Shown here one piece after another: positions 17,918-26,990 of a stretch of DNA of 39,177 bases (positions are counted from its first letter, which is position 1; every line of letters begins with the position of its first letter). The notes beneath the pieces are model-generated. The model was not told the origin of the DNA, did no database searches, and saw only the letters and a list, made by a program, of their open reading frames with translations. The stretch is from Bacteroidota bacterium (GTDB lineage Bacteria; Bacteroidota; Bacteroidia; M30B66), in assembly GCA_947497195.1 (NCBI GenBank), contig CANMGM010000001.1, forward strand, positions 1 through 39,177, given 5' to 3'. Position numbers and translations under genes: made by a program.

Positions 17918-20900
17918 TTGAAAACCAAATCAACATATCTTTCTTTTTCGGTTGTCTGTTCGCTCCTGCTTTTTATCGTATGGAGTGCGAACAGCAGTCC
18001 GTATAGTCTGGCCGGCAAGGCAATGCCCGGGCCCGGTGATACCACCGATACCGATACGCTCGTTGACCTACCCTACCCTTTCGATGACGAAGATATTGAC
18101 CCAACCGATCCGACGCCGAATCCTTTCTTCCTAAAAGATCCTGCTAACGTCACAAACACTGTTGACCTCAATACTGAAACGAACGAATACGACATCAATA
18201 GCCGCGTGGGGAATCTGAATTTTAGGTATCCCGATTACAGGAGTTTTCAGGAGTACCTCGATGAGGAATTCGACAATGCCATTTTGCGCAATTGGCGCGA
18301 TCGTGTTGCAGGCGATGATGTGGCGAAACAGAAAGGCTTTCAACCGCGCATTATTGTTCCGGGCGATGCCTTTGCCGGAATCTTTGGCAGCAATGTAATT
18401 GATATTCGTCCGCAGGGTTCTGCCGAATTGATTTTTGGAGGAAACTTTGTCAGAACTCAGAATCCGGCACTTCCAATTCGCCAGCAGCGTGTGGGTTCAT
18501 TCAACTTCCAGCAGAAAATTCAAATGAATGTTGTTGGAAAGATTGGCGATAAGATTCAGCTTCAAACCAATTACAACACCGAAACGGGTTTCAACTTCGA
18601 CAACAAGGTAAACCTTAAATACGAAGGCAAGGAGGACGAAATTATTCAGTTACTCGAAGCCGGAAACGTAAACATGCCATTAACCGGAACCCTCATTACC
18701 GGTTCACAAAGTTTGATGGGGGTGAAAACCAAGCTCAAGTTTGGTCGCCTCACCGCAACAACTATTTTCTCTCAACAGCAAGGCGACCGAAAGAACATTG
18801 CCGTACAGGGCGGTGCGCAAACGCAGAAATTTGAAGTATCGGCATCGAGCTACGATGCAAACCGACATTTCTTTCTCTCGCAATGGTTTAAAGACCGGTA
18901 CGACCAGTCGATGGCAACGCTTCCGAATGTTACCTCCCCATTTAATGTAACGCGTGTTGAGGTATACATTACGAACCGAACCTACGCCACAACCAATGTG
19001 CGCAATATCGCTGCATTTGCAGATGCGGGCGAATACGACCCTTCTTATTTCAACAACGGAACAAACTCCTACACCCAGCAATTGCCGGGTGCAAGTATTT
19101 TTCCGCGAAACGAAAACAACAACCTGCAGGCAAATCAGTTGATTGCCTTGTATCCCGATTTTCGGAATAAAACCAACGATGTTCTGAGCAATCCTGGAAG
19201 CTTTACCCCGCAAATGGTTCCGGCGATTGACTTCGAATTTTTGCAGAATGCCCGCCTCTTGAATCCCAACGAATACACGCTAAATCCTTTACTGGGTTAC
19301 GTTTCGTTGAACCAATCGCTCAATGCCGACGAGGTACTCGCCGTTGCATACCAGTATACCGTAAATACAAGTCAGGGCCAGCAGGTGTACCAAGTGGGTG
19401 AATTTTCGACCGATGTACAGGGAACCGGTTCACTGGTGCTGAAACTCCTTAAAAGCACGCAGGTTTTTACGCAGAAGCCCATTTGGAACCTGATGATGAA
19501 AAACATCTATTCGTTGAATGGTTACCAGATTAGTAAAGATAATTTCAAGCTGAACATTCTGTACCAGGATGAGAAGACATCGGTTAAGATGAACGTGATT
19601 CCCGAAGGGCAAAACGTGAACGGAAAAATCCTGCTTCAGTTGTTCAATCTCGACCGACTCAATAATCAAAGCGATCCGCAAGCCGATGGTTTCTTCGATT
19701 TCATTGAAGGAAAGACCATTCAGGCCGATAAAGGACGAATTATCTTCCCGATGCGCGAGCCGTTCAGAACGTTCTTGAGGGGCAAATTCGAGTTGCCGGC
19801 CGAATTACCGCTGGCAAACAAATACGCATTCGACTCGCTCTACACAACCACGCAACCGCTTGCACAGCTTGATGCGCAGCACAATCGCTTCTACCTGCAG
19901 GGTTCGTATCAATCGGCATCGGGCTCTGAAATTTCGCTTAACGCGATGAACGTGCCACAGGGTTCGGTAACTGTAACAGCTGGTGGCGTTCCGCTTACCG
20001 AAAATGTTGATTATACCGTCGATTATGCTTTGGGACGTGTGCGCATTATCAACCAAGGCTTGCTCAATTCCCAGACGCCCATCAACATCTCGCTCGAAAC
20101 CAATACGCTTTTTGCCATCCAAAGTAAGCGACTTATGGGTGCGCATTTCGATTACATGATCGATAAGAATTTTGGGTTGGGCGCAACCATCATGAACCTC
20201 ACCGAGCGGCCAATGACGCAAAAAATCAACATTGGCGATGAACCGATTTCGAACACGGTGATTGGACTCGACGGTAACATAAAGCGCGATTCGCGTTGGC
20301 TAACGCGGATGGTCGATAAACTTCCATTCTACTCGACGAAAGAAATGTCGACCATTACGGCAACCTGGGAAACAGCCAAACTTATTCCGGGCCACTCAAG
20401 AATTATTGGGAAAGACGGGCTTTCGTATATCGATGATTTTGAAGGGGCCGAATCGACCATCGACATTCGGAATTTCGGAAACTGGTTTATCGCATCAACA
20501 CCCGCCGGTCAGCCGAATTTACTGCGCGAGGGCGATTTATTCAATGCACGCGCGTACAATTATAACCGCGCCCGACTGAACTGGTACACCATCGACCCTC
20601 TTTTTGCACGAAACGGAAATACAACACCGGCTCATATTCAGGATGCGCCGATGCAGTCGAATAACTTCATGCGGCAGATTGTTGAAACGGAAATATTCCC
20701 CAACAAGGCGCGGCCAAACGGGCAGGTACAAATTATGCCTGTTTTAGACTTGCATTTTGATCCTCGCATTCGCGGGCCATACAATTACGATATAAATGCA
20801 GGAGAATATTCTGCAGGCTTGAATGCCGATGGAACACTTAAAAATCCACAAAGCCGCTGGGGTGGAATTATGCGTCGCGTTGAAACGACCGATTTCGAGT

Positions 20901-23900
20901 CGGCAAACATCGACTACATCGAATTCTGGATGATGGATCCATTTGCAGAAGGTCTGGGCCCGGGAACAGCCATCAACAGCGGAACGGGAGGAGACTTCTA
21001 CCTCAACATCGGGAATATCTCTGAAGATGTTTTGCGCGACGGGCAGCAGAGTTTCGAGAACGGATTGCCTGTTACAACCGACAACACCAATTTCGACACA
21101 ACTACCTGGGGAAAATATCCTACCTCGCCGCCACTTGTAAATGCCTTCGACAATAATCCGGAGTCAAGGCCATTGCAAGATGTTGGTCTCGACGGATTAC
21201 CAAGCGATTCGGAGCGTGTGTTTTTTAGCGATTACCTGCAGTCTGTACAGTCGGTTTTGACGCCTGATGCATACAGTAGATTTGAGGCAGATCCATCGGC
21301 AGATGACTATCGCTTCTTCCGGAATACGCAGTTTTGGGATGCGCAGGAAGCTGATATTCTGACACGCTACACTCTATACAACGGCCTTGAAGGCAACTCG
21401 CGGCTGGGCGAAGATCCAATTGAACCATACCCTACAGCGGCAAATCCATTACCCAATATTGAGGACATAAATCGCGATAACACACTCAGTGCAGCTGAAA
21501 GCTATTTCCAGTACCGCATCAGCCTTCGTCCGCAGGATATGGTGGTTGGTCAAAATTATATAATCGATAAGGTTGCTGGTCGCGGTGAGCTGAATAATGG
21601 GCAGCCAATCGATGTAAACTGGTACCAATTTAGGGTACCGATTCGATCATTTACCTCGAAGGTAGGATCGGTGAGCGATTTCCGCTCGATTCGTTTTATC
21701 CGGATGTTCTTCCACAACTTCTCGGAGCCGGTGGTAGCACGTATGGCACGTCTCGAACTTGTGCGTGCTGAGTGGCGTCGTTTTGAGTATAGCCTGAAAG
21801 AACCCGGTTTATTTTTAGGCAACGACCTCAACACAACCTTCCAGGTTTCGACCGTGAATATTGAGGAGAATGGAGAAAAAACGCCGGTTAATTATGTGTT
21901 GCCTCCACAAATCCGACGCGAGGTTGATGTTACAACAACAAACTTACAGCAGTTAAATGAGCAATCGCTGCAGATGCGGGTTTGTAACCTCGAAGATGGC
22001 GAAGCGCGTGCGGTGTATAAAAATACCAATCTCGATGTGCGGGCATATAAGCGCATTAAGATGGAAGTTCACGCCGAGGCGATGAATGGCAACCAGTGGC
22101 CCGACAATCAGATTACCGCATTTGTTCGCCTAGGTACCGATTTCGTGAATAACTATTATGAATATGAGATTCCGCTGAAACGCACACCGGATGGAACAAG
22201 CAATCCGGAAGATGTGTGGGCAAACAGTTTCGACTTTACACTCGAGGCGCTTACAAGTGCAAAGGTTGAGCGCAACCGGGCGATGATCGGAAATCCGGAT
22301 ATACAGCTAAACGAAGCGTACTATACCAACGACCCAAGTCAGCCCGAAAATCGTATCACTGTTGTGGGTGTTCCTCAAATTTCGGGTGTTAAAACGATGA
22401 TGATTGGTATCCGCAATCCTCAGAACGACGAAGACAATCCATGGCCCGACGATGGTTCGGTTGCCTGTGCCGAAGTGTGGATGAACGAATTGCGCGTGTC
22501 GGATTATTTTGAGGCAGGTGGATGGGCAGCCAATGCACGTGTTACTGCAAAGTTGGCCGACTTGGGAACTGTAGCGCTTGCCGGAAGTCATTCTACCTTT
22601 GGATTCGGAAGCATCGAAAAAAAACCGGCAGAAAGGAGCCGCGATAACGTTAGTTCATATAGCATTATTTCGAACCTCGAGATGGGCAAGTTCTTCCCGA
22701 AACCATGGAACCTGAGTGTTCCCTTGTATTGGGAGTTTGGCGAGATTATGAGCAATCCGCAATTCAATCCGCTCGATGCCGACGTGCGTTTCAATACAGC
22801 GCTCGATTATCAGACCAGCGAGGGTGCGCGCGATTCGCTTCGCCAATTGTCTCAAACATACCAGAAACGCCGCAGTGTAAACTTTACAAACGTGCGTAAA
22901 AACCGCGGACAAGCAAGCAACTTGGCAATGCCCTGGGATATTGAAAATTTTGATTTAACCTATGCCTTTGCTGATAATTTCCAGCGTTCGCCACAGGTTG
23001 AATTCAATTATACCAAAAACTATGATATTGGTTTGGGCTACACGTACGCACCTAAGCCAATTTCCATAGAGCCATTTAAGAAGGTTAAACTATTTGGGAA
23101 GTCGAAGTGGTTCGACTTAATCAAGGATATCAACCTCAACCCTGTTCCATCGCGACTCGCTTTCAGATCGGATGTTGCCCGCGACTTCAACGAACAGAAA
23201 ATTCGCAATACCTCGGATGTTGCATTATTAAAAATCGATACCACCTACTTTAAGTCGTTCACGTGGCAGCGTATTTACGATATCAAACTTCCGCTTACCA
23301 AATCGCTGCAAATCGATTTTATGGCAACGAATCAAAGTCGTGTCGACGAAGAGCCGGGAGCCATCGATACACAATCGAAGCGCGATTCGGTAGTACGAAA
23401 TTTAAGAAAGGGCGGACGAAACACCAATTACCAGCACAACTTCAACGCTTCTTACACACTTCCACTTTCGAAAATTCCGCTGCTGAGTTTCGCAAGCGGG
23501 ACACTGGCTTACGCATCAACATTCAGTTGGGTTGCTGCTCCACTAGTTGCCGATACGGCGGGTACCGACCAGTTTATTCAAAACCCTTTTGGAAATATCA
23601 TTTCCAACTCGGCGAACGTTAATTTAAGCGGGCAGGCGAACCTGGTGCAGTTATACAACAAAGTACCTTACCTGAAGAAAGTAAATCAGAAAAAACCGGG
23701 CGCGCAAGACAAGAAGAAACAAAGCAAAGCAAAGGACCCAAAAGATCCAAAAGCGCCAACAGATAAAGCCAAGAAAGATTCGACCAAGAAAAAAGACACA
23801 CCATTTGATTTGGTGCTCGAAAATGCCGCACGCTTCCTGATGATGCTTAAGAACGTTTCCATCAATTACACCGAAACAAATGGAACCGTATTGCCGGGTT

Positions 23901-25174
23901 ACATCAATTCGAGCAGATCAATTGGACGAGACTGGAGTGCAAAAACACCTACAACGGGATTCCTTTTCGGCGATCAGACCGATATCCGAAAATTGATGGT
24001 AGAACGCGGTGCACTTACCCGCGATACATCCTTCAACAACGCTTATTCGAAAACCTTTGCGCGCAATTTAACCTGGAACGCCACCGTCGAGCCCTTACCA
24101 GGAATGCGAATTACCATTAATGCGAACCGGAATTATTCCGAGAATTTCACAACGATTTATAAATACAATGCCAATACAGGTCTGTTTGAAGAGTTAAGTA
24201 CATTAAAAACAGGCAACTTCTCGATTTCAACGAATACCTGGGGAACTGCGTTTGGCCGACTCGACAACAAATTGCACACCTCGGGCGAATTTGATCGCTT
24301 CCTTCAAAACAGAAAAGCAATTGCGTCGCGTCTGAGTGCCAATTCGATAGATCCGCTTACCGGATATCCTGTTGGGTATGGCTCAACCCAACAGGATGTC
24401 TTGTTGCTTACCTTCCTTGCTACCTACACCGGAACCGATCCGAGCTTACAGGAATTGAGTTTATTCCAGCGAATTCCGAAGCCAAATTGGCGAATCACCT
24501 ACGACGGATTAACGAAACTTGCATTCTTTAAGAAATATTTCAAATCGATATCACTTGGACATGGATTCCGTTCTACGTTCAATGTAGGCTCCTTTACAAC
24601 CAATCTGCTTGCGCTACAGAATCCGAATGCAATCGATCCAACCGGCAACATTATTCCGCAGTACAATGTGTTGATGGCATCTGTTTCGGAGCAGTTCGGA
24701 CCTTTGTTTAACATCGACATGACTTGGAAAAACAGCTTGATTACCAAGATTGAATTCCGCCGCAGCCGCGACCTTTCACTGAGTTTACAGAACTCGCAGA
24801 TTACCGATGTAACAGGCCGCGAGATTACAATTGGAACGGGCTATATTGTGAAGAATTTCGAGTTGCCGTTTAAGATTCAGGGCTCGGGTAAAAAGATTAA
24901 AAGCGATCTGAATATCCGCGGAGATGTAACGGTGCGAACCAATAAAACCGTTGTTCGTCGCGTGCCGGTTGAAGGCCAAACCTTGTTCGATCCAATTCTT
25001 TCGGCAGGTCAGCAGAACATCAGCATTAAATTCTCGGCCGATTATGTGATTAACCAAAAGGTAACGCTTCGTTTATTCTTCGATCGCATTATGAACAAAC
25101 CTTTCATTTCGAATCAGTTCCCGAATTCGAATACGAATTTTGGTGTTAGCGTTCGGTTTACCTTGAATCAATAG
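17918..25174 (+). CDS. sprA: T9SS translocon / cell-surface gliding protein SprA (Sov)
   Basis: 2418 aa with a signal peptide. The size, the N-terminal LPYPFDDE...FLKDP.N....V(D/E)....N.Y segment and a beta-strand-rich, Cys-poor composition ending in an aromatic beta-signal (VSVRFTLNQ) fit SprA. TTG start 36 nt after ruvA. Confidence 0.9.
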   Translation: MKTKSTYLSFSVVCSLLLFIVWSANSSPYSLAGKAMPGPGDTTDTDTLVDLPYPFDDEDIDPTDPTPNPFFLKDPANVTNTVDLNTETNEYDINSRVGNLNFRYPDYRSFQEYLDEEFDNAILRNWRDRVAGDDVAKQKGFQPRIIVPGDAFAGIFGSNVIDIRPQGSAELIFGGNFVRTQNPALPIRQQRVGSFNFQQKIQMNVVGKIGDKIQLQTNYNTETGFNFDNKVNLKYEGKEDEIIQLLEAGNVNMPLTGTLITGSQSLMGVKTKLKFGRLTATTIFSQQQGDRKNIAVQGGAQTQKFEVSASSYDANRHFFLSQWFKDRYDQSMATLPNVTSPFNVTRVEVYITNRTYATTNVRNIAAFADAGEYDPSYFNNGTNSYTQQLPGASIFPRNENNNLQANQLIALYPDFRNKTNDVLSNPGSFTPQMVPAIDFEFLQNARLLNPNEYTLNPLLGYVSLNQSLNADEVLAVAYQYTVNTSQGQQVYQVGEFSTDVQGTGSLVLKLLKSTQVFTQKPIWNLMMKNIYSLNGYQISKDNFKLNILYQDEKTSVKMNVIPEGQNVNGKILLQLFNLDRLNNQSDPQADGFFDFIEGKTIQADKGRIIFPMREPFRTFLRGKFELPAELPLANKYAFDSLYTTTQPLAQLDAQHNRFYLQGSYQSASGSEISLNAMNVPQGSVTVTAGGVPLTENVDYTVDYALGRVRIINQGLLNSQTPINISLETNTLFAIQSKRLMGAHFDYMIDKNFGLGATIMNLTERPMTQKINIGDEPISNTVIGLDGNIKRDSRWLTRMVDKLPFYSTKEMSTITATWETAKLIPGHSRIIGKDGLSYIDDFEGAESTIDIRNFGNWFIASTPAGQPNLLREGDLFNARAYNYNRARLNWYTIDPLFARNGNTTPAHIQDAPMQSNNFMRQIVETEIFPNKARPNGQVQIMPVLDLHFDPRIRGPYNYDINAGEYSAGLNADGTLKNPQSRWGGIMRRVETTDFESANIDYIEFWMMDPFAEGLGPGTAINSGTGGDFYLNIGNISEDVLRDGQQSFENGLPVTTDNTNFDTTTWGKYPTSPPLVNAFDNNPESRPLQDVGLDGLPSDSERVFFSDYLQSVQSVLTPDAYSRFEADPSADDYRFFRNTQFWDAQEADILTRYTLYNGLEGNSRLGEDPIEPYPTAANPLPNIEDINRDNTLSAAESYFQYRISLRPQDMVVGQNYIIDKVAGRGELNNGQPIDVNWYQFRVPIRSFTSKVGSVSDFRSIRFIRMFFHNFSEPVVARMARLELVRAEWRRFEYSLKEPGLFLGNDLNTTFQVSTVNIEENGEKTPVNYVLPPQIRREVDVTTTNLQQLNEQSLQMRVCNLEDGEARAVYKNTNLDVRAYKRIKMEVHAEAMNGNQWPDNQITAFVRLGTDFVNNYYEYEIPLKRTPDGTSNPEDVWANSFDFTLEALTSAKVERNRAMIGNPDIQLNEAYYTNDPSQPENRITVVGVPQISGVKTMMIGIRNPQNDEDNPWPDDGSVACAEVWMNELRVSDYFEAGGWAANARVTAKLADLGTVALAGSHSTFGFGSIEKKPAERSRDNVSSYSIISNLEMGKFFPKPWNLSVPLYWEFGEIMSNPQFNPLDADVRFNTALDYQTSEGARDSLRQLSQTYQKRRSVNFTNVRKNRGQASNLAMPWDIENFDLTYAFADNFQRSPQVEFNYTKNYDIGLGYTYAPKPISIEPFKKVKLFGKSKWFDLIKDINLNPVPSRLAFRSDVARDFNEQKIRNTSDVALLKIDTTYFKSFTWQRIYDIKLPLTKSLQIDFMATNQSRVDEEPGAIDTQSKRDSVVRNLRKGGRNTNYQHNFNASYTLPLSKIPLLSFASGTLAYASTFSWVAAPLVADTAGTDQFIQNPFGNIISNSANVNLSGQANLVQLYNKVPYLKKVNQKKPGAQDKKKQSKAKDPKDPKAPTDKAKKDSTKKKDTPFDLVLENAARFLMMLKNVSINYTETNGTVLPGYINSSRSIGRDWSAKTPTTGFLFGDQTDIRKLMVERGALTRDTSFNNAYSKTFARNLTWNATVEPLPGMRITINANRNYSENFTTIYKYNANTGLFEELSTLKTGNFSISTNTWGTAFGRLDNKLHTSGEFDRFLQNRKAIASRLSANSIDPLTGYPVGYGSTQQDVLLLTFLATYTGTDPSLQELSLFQRIPKPNWRITYDGLTKLAFFKKYFKSISLGHGFRSTFNVGSFTTNLLALQNPNAIDPTGNIIPQYNVLMASVSEQFGPLFNIDMTWKNSLITKIEFRRSRDLSLSLQNSQITDVTGREITIGTGYIVKNFELPFKIQGSGKKIKSDLNIRGDVTVRTNKTVVRRVPVEGQTLFDPILSAGQQNISIKFSADYVINQKVTLRLFFDRIMNKPFISNQFPNSNTNFGVSVRFTLNQ

Positions 25175-25219
25175 TGAATTAAATTTTTCTACATGCTTGA
25201 ACCGAATCATGAAAATTGG

Positions 25220-25227
25220 TAGGTTTG
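25220..25227 (+). promoter_or_regulatory. Bacteroidetes -7 promoter element (TAggTTTG)
   Basis: Exact TAnnTTTG match 17 nt upstream of the gcvH ATG. Confidence 0.45.
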
Positions 25228-25244
25228 ACCCTTAAAATACGCAT

Positions 25245-25625
25245 ATGAATTTCCCAGAAAACTTATTGTACACCAAAGACCACGAGTGGGTTAGCATTGA
25301 AGGTGACGTTGCAACCGTTGGAATTACTGATTTTGCGCAAGGCGAATTGGGCGATATCGTTTATGTAGAGGTCGATACTGTTGGAGACACGCTTTCTATC
25401 GGTGAAGTTTTTGGAACGGTAGAAGCAGTAAAAACCGTTTCGGATTTATACATGCCGGTTTCGGGAGAGATTCTGGAATTCAACGAAGGACTTGAAGCCG
25501 ATCCTGCTATCGTGAATTCAGAACCATATGGCTCCGGATGGATGGTGCGCGTAAAATTGAGCGATGCTTCATCGCGAGATGGTTTACTGGGTGCAGCCGA
25601 ATACAAGAAACTTATCGGTCATTAA
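25245..25625 (+). CDS. gcvH: glycine cleavage system protein H
   Basis: [31 protein letters not shown] and the lipoyl-lysine motif VEAVKTVSD. Confidence 0.95.
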   Translation: MNFPENLLYTKDHEWVSIEGDVATVGITDFAQGELGDIVYVEVDTVGDTLSIGEVFGTVEAVKTVSDLYMPVSGEILEFNEGLEADPAIVNSEPYGSGWMVRVKLSDASSRDGLLGAAEYKKLIGH

Positions 25626-25628
25626 TGC

Positions 25629-25979
25629 ATGATTTTCCGGAAAGCAGGTCCAGCCCTGCTCTGGACACTCATAGTTAGTATACTCACCTTACTTCCAGGC
25701 CGCGATTTGCCCGATGTGCACATCGTGAACTTCGATAAAATAGCCCACTTCGGTGTGTTTTTGTTGCTGGAATGGTTATACCTCAACTGGCTTTGTCTCG
25801 GCCGTTCAATTTCAAAACCGGGACTTATTACATTGGCCTGTGTTGCTTATGGTGGATTAATCGAAATCTTGCAGGGAGCGTTTTACGTAGATCGTTATGC
25901 CGATATCTGGGATTTTTTATTCAATAGCCTAGGATGCTTTGGTGGATGGATTGTTTTTTCATTTTCCAATAAAAAGTAG
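25629..25979 (+). CDS. VanZ-family membrane protein
   Basis: 116 aa, 4 TM segments, with the FDKIAHFGVF and EILQ....DRYADIWDFLFNSLG signatures of VanZ-like proteins. Confidence 0.8.
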   Translation: MIFRKAGPALLWTLIVSILTLLPGRDLPDVHIVNFDKIAHFGVFLLLEWLYLNWLCLGRSISKPGLITLACVAYGGLIEILQGAFYVDRYADIWDFLFNSLGCFGGWIVFSFSNKK

Positions 25980-26017
25980 TCATCCATTCATTTCAATATA
26001 TCCTTTAGCGATTTTTT

Positions 26018-26025
26018 TAATTTTG
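26018..26025 (+). promoter_or_regulatory. Bacteroidetes -7 promoter element (TAatTTTG)
   Basis: Exact TAnnTTTG match 69 nt upstream of ATG 26095, in an AT-rich spacer. Confidence 0.4.
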
Positions 26026-26094
26026 CTTTATCCACAATAATCAAAATCAAATCATCGTTGACCGAATAAATAAAACCTTAAATAATACCCAATT

Positions 26095-26493
26095 ATGCTT
26101 CGACACTTCGTTCTCACCCTTGCTATACTAGGGCTCTCGAACATTATATACGCTCAAAAAAATAAAGGACTTGCCGGTATTGATGTTGTTAAAGCCGCAA
26201 CTCAAAATACACTTGGAATTAATGCGGGATATTACGTGGAATTTAAAAACAATACCGATAAAGAAGTAGATGGCGTAAAGTGGAAAGCCTATTTTTACGA
26301 TAACTTCGAAGCATACAAAGACAAGCGAGACGGGAAATGGCAATCCGGAAATTTTATTAAACCTGCCAAACCGGGTGAAGTTTTCGAAGATGTTGAAGGC
26401 ATATGGGTTGAAGATGCCACGAAGGTCTTTGTGACAATTACAGAAGTCCATTTTACGGATGGCTCCTCAAAAAAAGCTGCGCATAAAGAATAA
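26095..26493 (+). CDS. small exported protein, no recognisable family
   Basis: 132 aa with signal peptide MLRHFVLTLAILGLSNIIYAQ. The mature part is charged and beta-rich (YYVEFKNNTDKEVDGVKWKAYFYDNFE). The ORF is isolated and no stronger overlapping frame exists. Confidence 0.6.
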   Translation: MLRHFVLTLAILGLSNIIYAQKNKGLAGIDVVKAATQNTLGINAGYYVEFKNNTDKEVDGVKWKAYFYDNFEAYKDKRDGKWQSGNFIKPAKPGEVFEDVEGIWVEDATKVFVTITEVHFTDGSSKKAAHKE

Positions 26494-26526
26494 AGAAAGA
26501 ACAGCATTACCTGCTTTTCATAATTG

Positions 26527-26565
26527 AATTATTGGAATTGGGTCATTTTGCTTTTTCCAATAATT
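26527..26565. repeat. perfect 11-bp inverted repeat with 17-nt spacer
   Basis: aattattggaa (26527-26537) and ttccaataatt (26555-26565) are exact reverse complements. The repeat begins 34 nt after the stop of ORF 26095..26493 and has no adjacent T-tract on either strand. Confidence 0.7.
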
Positions 26566-26666
26566 GATCTAGCACGTTTGTTTCCAGAATAAAGTAAATC
26601 AGCCTTTACCAATTAATTTGTACGGTATGTAAAGAAATCCATACTTCATCTTAAGCAATCTTTACT

Positions 26667-26990
26667 ATGAAGGCTTTTCTGTTGATTGTTTCCGTGTTAT
26701 CCCTTTCCGCTTGCAAGAACTACAAGTTAAGGCACATGACCGATGAAGAACTTTACTACATGGAACATGGTAATACCCCAGAAATTCCACGTGAACCATG
26801 CACGAATAGAATGTTGTGTGATCCTAAACTCTACAAACAATATCCGAATTATGGATCCATGGATGTTTTTCGTGTTTATGACACGAAAAAAGACTCTACC
26901 TACCGAATTGTAGTTGATGATGGTTATAACGTCGCGCTGGACTCAACTGTAATTATTGTTGATACGCTACAGTTTCATTGCCGGTATTAG
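26667..26990 (+). CDS. small putative lipoprotein, no recognisable family
   Basis: 107 aa with lipobox-like signal MKAFLLIVSVLSLSAC. Contains four further Cys. The 3' end overlaps the converging GT87 gene by 38 nt. Confidence 0.5.
   Translation: MKAFLLIVSVLSLSACKNYKLRHMTDEELYYMEHGNTPEIPREPCTNRMLCDPKLYKQYPNYGSMDVFRVYDTKKDSTYRIVVDDGYNVALDSTVIIVDTLQFHCRY

Noticed and set aside
26494-26666. Possible tRNA or small ncRNA in the larger intergenic gaps (26494-26666, 14880-15026, 33887-34015, 38840-38958, 25980-26094).
   Set aside because: None shows cloverleaf potential, a GTTCRANYC T-loop or the GC-rich stems expected of a structured RNA. They are AT-rich promoter and spacer DNA. I cannot exclude an sRNA without expression data.
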